Below, one piece after another: positions 6,471 through 12,581 of a stretch of DNA of 12,581 nucleotides. The stretch is from Myxococcota bacterium (GTDB lineage: Bacteria; Myxococcota_A; UBA796; SXON01), in contig JAZKFH010000029.1 of assembly GCA_040386535.1 (NCBI GenBank), positions 1 through 12,581 of the forward strand, in the 5' to 3' direction. The position numbers and the translations under genes are program-made. How positions within the stretch are numbered: position 1 is the first letter of the stretch; each line of letters opens with the position of its first letter. The notes under the pieces were generated by a model, which was given only the letters and a program-made list of their open reading frames with translations, did not search any database and had not been told where the DNA came from.

Positions 6471-7181
6471 ATGTTGTTCCGCGTGGTCTGGGACCAGATG
6501 GAGGCCTGCCCGTACCTCCCCGACAAGGTCGCGCGCCTGCCGCTGCGGGTCCCGCCCCGCCTCCTCACCGCCGAGGAGCTCGACATTCGCCTGGAGCTCG
6601 GCGAGCGGCGCTCGGGCCGGATGGTGTACCGCACCCAGTGCCCCTCGTGCTCGGCCTGCGAGCCCCTGCGCGTGTCGGTGCCACGGTTCCAACCGTCGGC
6701 CTCCCAGCGCCGAACGTGGCGGCGAAACGACGGTGTGGTGCGCCTCGAGGTGGGCCCGCCCGAGGTCTCCGAGGAGCGTCTCGCGCTGTACAACCGCCAC
6801 AAGATGGAGCGCGGCCTGGCCCGCACCGACGAGCCCCTGGGCGCCACCGGCTACCGCGCGTGGCTGGTCGACACGTGCGTCGACTCCAAGGAATTCCGCT
6901 ACTTCGTGGGCGACAAGCTCATCGGGGTGAGCATCCTCGACCTCGGGCGCACCGGCGCGTCGAGCGTGTACCACTACTTCGATCCCGACGAGGCCCGCCG
7001 CTCGCTCGGCGTCTACTCCGTGCTCCGCGAGATCGCGTGGTGCGCGGAGATGGGCCTCGATTGGTTCTACCTCGGCCTGTACGTACGCGACTGTGTGCAC
7101 CTCTCCTACAAGGGCGCCTACCACCCGCAGCAGCGGCGGATCGCAGGGGTGTGGACCGACGTTGTGGACCCGATCGAGTGA
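6471..7181 (+). CDS. bpt: Bacterial ATE1-like aminoacyl-tRNA-protein transferase (Asp/Glu leucyltransferase Bpt, often annotated arginyltransferase)
   Basis: 236 aa with CPYL, RRSG-x3-YRTQCPSCSAC, SSVYHYFDPD, SLGVYSVLREI and YLGLYV..C..LSYK, which are hallmarks of the ATE_N/ATE_C domains. Confidence 0.88.
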   Translation: MLFRVVWDQMEACPYLPDKVARLPLRVPPRLLTAEELDIRLELGERRSGRMVYRTQCPSCSACEPLRVSVPRFQPSASQRRTWRRNDGVVRLEVGPPEVSEERLALYNRHKMERGLARTDEPLGATGYRAWLVDTCVDSKEFRYFVGDKLIGVSILDLGRTGASSVYHYFDPDEARRSLGVYSVLREIAWCAEMGLDWFYLGLYVRDCVHLSYKGAYHPQQRRIAGVWTDVVDPIE

Positions 7182-7186
7182 GTTTT

Positions 7187-7216
7187 GGGGCAGGGGCTCC
7201 GCCCCCGCAACGCCCC
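7187..7216. terminator. Nested GC hairpin (GGGGC-TCC-GCCCC core) between convergent genes
   Basis: GGGGC-A-GGGGC-TCC-GCCCC-CGCAAC-GCCCC starts 5 nt after the bpt stop. It could be a terminator or a REP-like palindrome. Confidence 0.4.
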
Positions 7217-7261
7217 GGAGGCAGGGACACGTAGTTGTGGCGATGCCCCCCCCGCCGGCGT

Positions 7262-8389
7262 TCAGGGCACGCACGTCCAACGCCGGAGGCTGCCGTCGGC
7301 GTGGGCGGTGAGGAGCCAGCGGCCGTCGGGGTCGACGGCGAGGCCGGTCACGTTGTACGCGCCCGGCGAGGCAGCCCAGCCGAACCCGACGTCGCCCGCC
7401 GCTCCCAGGCCGATGCCCGGAGACGACGACCACGCGTAGGCCGAGCCCGTGCTGCCCGCCGCCTGCGGCGTTCCGACGAACGTCTGGGTCGACGTGAGCA
7501 GCGCGCCCTCGGCGTCGAACGCCGCCAGCCAGGCGTAGCTCTCGGGCCCGCCGATCACCCAGGCCCCGCCGTCGGGGCGCGCGACCACGTCCACGGCGTC
7601 CCCGAACACGGGCACCTCGGTGTCGGTGCGCGCGGCGCCGTCCGACAAGGCCACCGTCGGCACGCCGGTCGCGTCGGACGCGGACCAGTAGCCCTCGGCG
7701 GTCCGGCCGACCGCTTCGGCGTCGGAGAGACCGAGGGCGGCGTCGTGCGCGATCGCCGCGCCGTCCCAACGGAACGGCGTGCCCGTGGTACCCCCGAACA
7801 GGCCGGCGCCGTCCACCACCAGCGCGGTGATGCGCCCCTCCGCGGTGCCGGTGCCGACCGCGGCGCCCGTCTCGCGGTCCAGCAGGCGCAACGTGGTGCC
7901 GTCGCCCACCGCCACGGCGCCGCCGGGGAGCGCGAGGCCCTTGTAGCCCTCGTCGGCGGTGGTGGACCAGCGCTCCGAGAGGTCGCTCGCGGCCGCGGCC
8001 GGCGCGGGGAGCGCGAAGGTGTGGAGCGCCTCGGCGCCGAGCTCGGTGCCTCCAACGAGGACCACGAGCGTGCCGCCCTCCCACACGATGCGGCCGGGCG
8101 TGCCGGTCACGCCGGGGAGCGCCCTGGACCAGGTCTCCGTGAGCGACACCCCGCTCGGCACGCAGGCATCGAGGAGCTCGTCGTCCGCGGGCACGTCGGT
8201 GTCGGTGTCCGCGTCGGTGTCCGCGTCCGTGTCCGCGTCGGTGTCGGCGTCCGTGTCCGCGTCGGTGTCGGCATCCGTGTCCGCGTCGGTGTCGGTGTCG
8301 GTGTCGGTCTCGTCCGGTCCGCGGCCGGTGTCGGTGGCGGTGTCAGCAGGCTTGTCGGTGGTGGTGCAGGCGAGGAGCAGGAGCAGCAT
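7262..8389 (-). CDS. Putative lipoprotein with an Asp/Thr/Ala (DTDAD) linker and a WD40/beta-propeller-like domain
   Basis: GGAGGT RBS, then MLLLLLAC (lipobox-like), then DTDAD repeats. C-terminal WD40-like blade VTGLAVDPDGRWLLTAHADGSLRRW. 375 aa. Confidence 0.8.
   Translation of the reverse strand: MLLLLLACTTTDKPADTATDTGRGPDETDTDTDTDADTDADTDADTDADTDADTDADTDADTDTDVPADDELLDACVPSGVSLTETWSRALPGVTGTPGRIVWEGGTLVVLVGGTELGAEALHTFALPAPAAAASDLSERWSTTADEGYKGLALPGGAVAVGDGTTLRLLDRETGAAVGTGTAEGRITALVVDGAGLFGGTTGTPFRWDGAAIAHDAALGLSDAEAVGRTAEGYWSASDATGVPTVALSDGAARTDTEVPVFGDAVDVVARPDGGAWVIGGPESYAWLAAFDAEGALLTSTQTFVGTPQAAGSTGSAYAWSSSPGIGLGAAGDVGFGWAASPGAYNVTGLAVDPDGRWLLTAHADGSLRRWTCVP
8195..8314 (-). repeat. 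Coding low-complexity repeat encoding (DT)n/(DTDA)n
   Basis: Periodic GTCGGT/GTCCGC hexamers on the + strand translate on the minus strand to DETDTDTDTDADTDADTDAD... Confidence 0.95.
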
Positions 8390-8656
8390 GAGAACCTCCG
8401 CACCCACTGTCGCCCGGCCCGCTGGCGGAGGGAATCCGAGAGATCGAGTCCTCACCGTTCGGCGATTCCGAACAATCTTCACGCACGCCGCGGAGACCTG
8501 ATCGCCCAGGCGCGCAGATCCCATCGAACGTTCCAGGCCATACGTTCGGACCCGCGTAGCGACGCATGCGCCGGCAGCTACGGGCCGTCGCGGCGCCCGC
8601 GAACCAAAGTACCGAACGGCGCCCCCTCGTCGTCGGGCGCCGCGATAACGCGGCGG

Positions 8657-9130
8657 ATGTCAACCAACGGTTCGATCGACGGGCCGCCGCTGCTCAAGTT
8701 CCGTCGGGTGCTCGGCGAGCAGGGCATCGTCGCGGCGCTCCGGCTCCTCAACTCGCGGGCGCCGCACCGGTTCACCGGCCTCTACCGGTACGACGGCGAG
8801 ATGCTGCGCAACCTCCACCTCGTGGATGCGTTCGACCCCGAGCTGGTGCGCGGGGCGGACGTGGCGATGGAGGACGCCTATTGCGCCGTCGTCCACGAGC
8901 GTCGCCAATCCATCGCGTTCCGGGACGCCAAGACGGCGCCGGAGGTGACCTGGCGGCCCGGGAGCCCGGTGGTGTCCTATTGCGGCGTGCTGCTCACGGA
9001 TGGCGACGGCGCGGCGTTCGGCGCCCTGTGCCACTTCGACGTGAAGCCGTGTGACCGGCCGGCCACCGAGATGGAGCTGCTGGAGAACGCTGCGCCGATC
9101 CTGATGGCGGCGCTCGAGGCGGCGCGCTGA
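8657..9130 (+). CDS. Stand-alone GAF-domain protein
   Basis: 157 aa with RFTGLYRYDG, DAYC and VVSYCGVLLTDGDGAAFGALCHFDVKP, a GAF-like YxGvPL..G..GtLC pattern. No output domain. Confidence 0.8.
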   Translation: MSTNGSIDGPPLLKFRRVLGEQGIVAALRLLNSRAPHRFTGLYRYDGEMLRNLHLVDAFDPELVRGADVAMEDAYCAVVHERRQSIAFRDAKTAPEVTWRPGSPVVSYCGVLLTDGDGAAFGALCHFDVKPCDRPATEMELLENAAPILMAALEAAR

Positions 9131-9155
9131 GCGGGAAGCGAGAGCTGGAAGAGGG

Positions 9156-9725
9156 TCATCGTTGGCTTTCGGCAGCGCCACCGTGGTGGAGCACCACCGA
9201 ATAGCCCACGGCCACGGTGTCGCCGGGGTTCTCGTACCCATGGCGCTGGTCGCCGCGGAACACCACGACGTCGCCGGGGCCGAGCTCGAAGCGCGCGCCG
9301 CCCACGGTGAGGGCGATCGCGCCGGACTCGCAGGTGAGGTACTCGCGGGTGCCATGGGTGTGGGGAATGCCGGCGAAGCGGCCGCCCGGGGGCAGCTCGA
9401 AGCGCTCGATCTCGGTGCCGGGCAGCGGCTCGGGGAGGAGCCGGCGCACGCGCGCGTTGCCCGGGGTACGCGTGGGGAGGCCGTCGCGGCGGTACAGGCG
9501 GGCCTCGACCGCGCGCTCGGCGAGCAGCTCCTCGATCCCGACACCCAGGGCTTCGGCGGCGGCGGCGAGCACGGTGAGCGTCGGGTTGGCGTCGCCGCTC
9601 TCGAGGTGGGTCCACGTGGCGCGCGGCAGGCCCGCCTTGCGGGCGAGCGCGGTCTGGGAGAGGCCGCGCGCCTCTCGGAGCTGGCGCAGGTTGCCAGCGA
9701 GGTGGGCGGCGAGAGGTCCCGGCAT
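9156..9725 (-). CDS. XRE-family (HTH_3) transcriptional regulator with a C-terminal cupin domain
   Basis: LAGNLRQLREARGLSQTALARKAGLPRATWTHLESGDANPTL. Cupin motifs PHTHGTREYLTC..G and GDVVVFRGDQRHGYEN. Confidence 0.93.
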   Translation of the reverse strand: MPGPLAAHLAGNLRQLREARGLSQTALARKAGLPRATWTHLESGDANPTLTVLAAAAEALGVGIEELLAERAVEARLYRRDGLPTRTPGNARVRRLLPEPLPGTEIERFELPPGGRFAGIPHTHGTREYLTCESGAIALTVGGARFELGPGDVVVFRGDQRHGYENPGDTVAVGYSVVLHHGGAAESQR

Positions 9726-9748
9726 CCCTCCGCTGTAACTTCGCTCGG

Positions 9749-9774
9749 CGATCGGGCAACGTATTGGCCGATCG
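9749..9774. promoter_or_regulatory. Putative operator of the XRE-cupin regulator
   Basis: 26-bp imperfect palindrome CGATCGG-G-CAA-CGTA-TTG-G-CCGATCG in the 102-bp gap between the divergent XRE and SDR genes. Confidence 0.65.
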
Positions 9775-9827
9775 GCATCCTCGACGGGCGGGGGCGAGAA
9801 CATTGGGAGGGCAATCCGGAGCTCCGA

Positions 9828-10526
9828 ATGTCCCCCAGCTCGCTTCCCACCTTCCACGGCGCCATCGTCACCGGCGCCAGCCGCGGCCTCGGCGCCGCCT
9901 TCGCCCGCGCCCTCGCCGCCAGCGGCACCCGCGTCCTGCTCGTCGGCCGTGACCGTGCCGCGCTCGACATGGTCGTGGCGCGCATCCGCGCCGACGGCGG
10001 CGACGCCCACGCCTTCTCCGCCGACATCGCCGACAAGCACCAGACCCACGCCCTCGCCGCCGCCGCCGAGGCGCTCGTGGGCCCGGTCGATCTGTTGATC
10101 CACAACGCCAGCACGCTCGGCCCGCTCCCGCTCCGCTCGCTGTTCGAGTTGGCGTGCGAGGACCTCGCCGACGTCCTCGAAACCAACCTCGTCGGCCCGT
10201 TCCGCCTCACCAAGGTGGTCGCCGGGAGCATGGCGCTCCGGGGCCGTGGCACCGTGCTCCACATCAGCTCCGACGCCGCCACCAACGCCTACCCCGGCTG
10301 GGGCGCGTACGGGGTGTCCAAGGCGGCGCAGGATCACCTCGCGCGGAGCTTCGCCGCGGACTCCGAGGGCACCAACATCCGCTTCCTCTCGGTCGATCCC
10401 GGCGAGATGGACACCCGCATGCACGACGACGCCATGCCCGGCCTCTCCGACGCCGACCGCGCCGCGCTCGGCCACCCCGACGACGTGGCCCGTCGCATCC
10501 TCGCGTCCCTCGGGAGCCCGTCGTGA
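9828..10526 (+). CDS. Short-chain dehydrogenase/reductase (classical SDR)
   Basis: TGASRGLG, HNAS, HISSDAA, catalytic YGVSK (YxxxK) and VDPGEMDTRM. 232 aa. Confidence 0.93.
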   Translation: MSPSSLPTFHGAIVTGASRGLGAAFARALAASGTRVLLVGRDRAALDMVVARIRADGGDAHAFSADIADKHQTHALAAAAEALVGPVDLLIHNASTLGPLPLRSLFELACEDLADVLETNLVGPFRLTKVVAGSMALRGRGTVLHISSDAATNAYPGWGAYGVSKAAQDHLARSFAADSEGTNIRFLSVDPGEMDTRMHDDAMPGLSDADRAALGHPDDVARRILASLGSPS

Positions 10527-11527
10527 CCGCGCCGCTGTCCGGCCTCGCCGCCGCCACCCGCCCCGGCCTTTCCCGGCGGCTCCTCACCTTCCCGGCGTTG
10601 ACCCTCCACCCCTTCGCCGCCCTCCCAGGCCTGCTCGCCCCCGGCGACCTGGTCGTGGTCAACGACGCCGCCACCCTGCCTGCCTCCCTCTCTGGCACGA
10701 TGCGCGGGCTCCCAATCGAGCTGCGCCTGTCGGGCCAACGCGCGGACGGCGCCTGGGAGACCGTCGCGTTCGGCGCCGGCGATTGGCACGTCGACACCGA
10801 CCGGCGCGGGGCGCCCCCCGAGTTGGTCGTGGGAGACCACGTGCGCGTCGGGGCGCTGATCGCCGAGGTCGTGGAGGTGCCCCACCCGCGGCGGCCCGTC
10901 GTGGTGTTCGACGGCGGCGGCGATTTCTGGCACGCGCTCTACCAATTCGGGCGCCCCGTCCAATACCGCCACCTCGATGACACGTTGGACATCTGGGACG
11001 TGCAGACCGCCTACGCCGGGCCGCCCTGGGCCGTCGAGCCGCCCTCCGCCGGGCTCGGCCTCACCGTCGCGCTGATCGCGGCGCTGCGGGCGCGCGGTGT
11101 CGAGGTGGCCGCGCTCACCGAGGCGGCGGGCCTCTCCGCGACGGGCGACGCCGAATTGGACGCCGCCCTGCCGTTCCCCGAGCGCTACGCGGTGCCCGCG
11201 CGCACGTGGGAGTTGGTCGAGCGGGCGCGCGGCGCGCGGGTGGTCGCCGTCGGGACCAGCGTGGTGCGCGCGCTGGAGACGGTCGCGCGGAGCGGCGTGC
11301 TCGCGGGCGTCACCGACCTGCACCTGTCCGCGACCAACCCGGTGCGCGTCGTGACCGGCCTCGTGACCGGCGTGCACGCCCCCGGCACCTCCCACCACGC
11401 GCTGCTCGACGCCGTGCTCGTGGGGAACAACCTGCCACGCGAGGGGCTCCGCGCGCTTGGCGACCGCGCGGCAACGCTCGGCCTGCGCGACCACGAGTTC
11501 GGGGATGGGGTGGTGATCCTCGGGTAG
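10523..11527 (+). CDS. Divergent QueA-like protein (S-adenosylmethionine:tRNA ribosyltransferase-isomerase family paralog)
   Basis: The GTG start overlaps the SDR stop (GTGA). PGDLVVVNDAATLPA, QTAYA...PSAGL, RVVAVGTSVVRALET, GVHAPGTSH and EFGD follow the QueA motif order, with substitutions. Confidence 0.85.
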   Translation: MTAPLSGLAAATRPGLSRRLLTFPALTLHPFAALPGLLAPGDLVVVNDAATLPASLSGTMRGLPIELRLSGQRADGAWETVAFGAGDWHVDTDRRGAPPELVVGDHVRVGALIAEVVEVPHPRRPVVVFDGGGDFWHALYQFGRPVQYRHLDDTLDIWDVQTAYAGPPWAVEPPSAGLGLTVALIAALRARGVEVAALTEAAGLSATGDAELDAALPFPERYAVPARTWELVERARGARVVAVGTSVVRALETVARSGVLAGVTDLHLSATNPVRVVTGLVTGVHAPGTSHHALLDAVLVGNNLPREGLRALGDRAATLGLRDHEFGDGVVILG

Positions 11528-11553
11528 GCCGCGGTCAGTTTCCGGGGCCGCCG

Positions 11554-11665
11554 ACGTGCGCTGTGTCACCCCCCGCTTCCGCAGCGGCCGCGTCCGCGCG
11601 GTCCGGCTGCCCTGGTTTGGATCCGGGCGGATGGACCGCGCGGACGCGGCCACCGCGGGGCGGGG
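11554..11665 (+). repeat. Long hairpin element (19-bp perfect inverted repeat) downstream of the queA-like gene; homologous to 2916-2988
   Basis: GGCCGCGTCCGCGCGGTCC (11586-11604) and GGACCGCGCGGACGCGGCC (11633-11651). Imperfect pairing extends to about 11571-11665. Confidence 0.85.
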
Positions 11666-11687
11666 TTGCCGAGGGGGAGGGTCCGGA

Positions 11688-11871
11688 GTCATGCCCCAGC
11701 GAACGCGCGTTTTCCGGAGTCATGCCCTCCTGAACGCCGCTTCCGGCGCGTCTCCGCTCCTGTCCGCACGGACCAAGCACGGTTTTCCACGAGGCGCGCG
11801 GGCTCCCTTGGCCCGATCTGCTCATTCACGGGCACATGACTCGCGCAAACGTGCATTGGCAGGGACATGAC
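11688..11871. repeat. 184-bp quasi-palindromic intergenic element, copy 2 (inverted relative to 143-326)
   Basis: GTCATG at 11688 and 11719 and CATGAC at 11835 and 11866 (31/116/31). 11823-11840 is the exact reverse complement of 143-160. Confidence 0.85.
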
Positions 11872-12058
11872 CTGCTCTCGCCCTGGTCGGGGGCGTCCGC
11901 CGGGTCGCCGCCAGCGCCCGAGGGATCCCTCCGCGTCCCGGCCTCGCAGCGGCGCAGTTCTCGAGCTCGAACTCGGCATCCAGCAACGCGCCACCTGACC
12001 GACAGGCCCCGGGTTGTGGGACTCGCGTCCAGCCGGCGCCCACGCGCTACACCCCCCC

Positions 12059-12511
12059 ATGTCCCAAGTCATCCGCGTCTACCTCAACGGGTCCCGCCTC
12101 CCCGATGTCGCGGTGTGGCAGGCCGGCCTGACCGCGCACGGCTTCGCGTTCGTGCTCGACCCCTCCGTGTCGCTCCCGACGCACGAGGGCTACCTGCCCG
12201 TGACGTGCGAAGGGATCGAGACAGGCTTCGAGTTCTACCTGGATCCGGTGTCCACCGCCGAGCTCGCCGGCGGGCGGGACCAGAGCGCGACCTTCCGCTG
12301 GGGGAGCGATCCGCACGCGCTCGTCGCCGCCTCCGCGTGCGCCGCGGTCTTGACCGCGCTCACGGACGGCGTCTTCTTCGACGCGGAGGGCGGGGAGGTC
12401 GTGCCGGCGGAACAGGCCTTGGCGGACGCCCGGGCAACCCGTGACGAGGGCCTGTGGCCCGCGGATCTACCGCCCGTCTCCCCACCCAAACCCTGGTGGA
12501 AGTTCTGGTAG
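12059..12511 (+). CDS. Hypothetical protein with a C-terminal KPWWKFW motif
   Basis: 150 aa with GC-rich third codon positions. Contains GYLPVTCEGIETGFEFY and ends PPKPWWKFW. Confidence 0.8.
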   Translation: MSQVIRVYLNGSRLPDVAVWQAGLTAHGFAFVLDPSVSLPTHEGYLPVTCEGIETGFEFYLDPVSTAELAGGRDQSATFRWGSDPHALVAASACAAVLTALTDGVFFDAEGGEVVPAEQALADARATRDEGLWPADLPPVSPPKPWWKFW

Positions 12512-12538
12512 GCCCCCCTCCTCAGTTCTGACGTTTGA

Positions 12539-12580
12539 TCACTTCAGGGGAATTCCGAGCCCCTTCCGAGCGTTCTCCAG
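12539..12580 (-). CDS. Possible 3' end of a gene entering from beyond the window
   Basis: The minus strand reads ...LENARKGLGIPLK-stop. It is too short to verify, and an alternative frame stops at 12522. Confidence 0.25.
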   Translation of the reverse strand: MENARKGLGIPLK

Positions 12581-12581
12581 T

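Noticed and set aside
7235..9130. 631-aa ORF as a single protein
   Set aside because: The N-terminal three quarters is antisense to the lipoprotein gene plus intergenic DNA. Only 8657-9130 looks like a real GAF protein.
9156..10526. Long overlapping XRE (439 aa) and SDR (454 aa) ORFs as fusion proteins
   Set aside because: The extensions are mutual antisense read-through. Family motifs begin at 9725 (-) and 9828 (+).
10523..11527. Assigning the gene symbol queA
   Set aside because: Several canonical motifs are altered and the gene context is atypical, so orthology is not supported.
11920..11931. Palindrome GAGGGATCCCTC
   Set aside because: Short and isolated with no supporting context, so plausibly chance.

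Overview
A very GC-rich (by eye >70%) bacterial chromosomal window. The DTDAD-repeat lipoprotein and the Bpt/Ate gene suggest a Myxococcota-like organism, which is an inference. It holds 15 complete CDSs: a thioesterase-AraC-VOC operon (+); a MAPEG protein and an NmrA-like oxidoreductase (-) divergent from a LysR regulator (+); a hypothetical protein and an enoyl-CoA hydratase (-) head-to-head with a Bpt/Ate-type aminoacyl-tRNA-protein transferase (+); a DTDAD-repeat beta-propeller lipoprotein (-); a stand-alone GAF protein (+); an XRE-cupin regulator (-) divergent from an SDR plus divergent QueA-like operon (+), with a palindromic operator between them; and a KPWWKFW-tailed hypothetical protein (+). 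I found no transposase, integrase, Cas, rRNA or tRNA gene. The most unusual signals are intergenic: (i) two inverted copies of a 184-bp element built from four 31-bp GTCATG units with identical spacing (143-326 and 11688-11871); (ii) a dispersed hairpin repeat (2916-2988 and 11554-11665); (iii) a 51-bp x3 tandem repeat with an internal hairpin (4881-5039).
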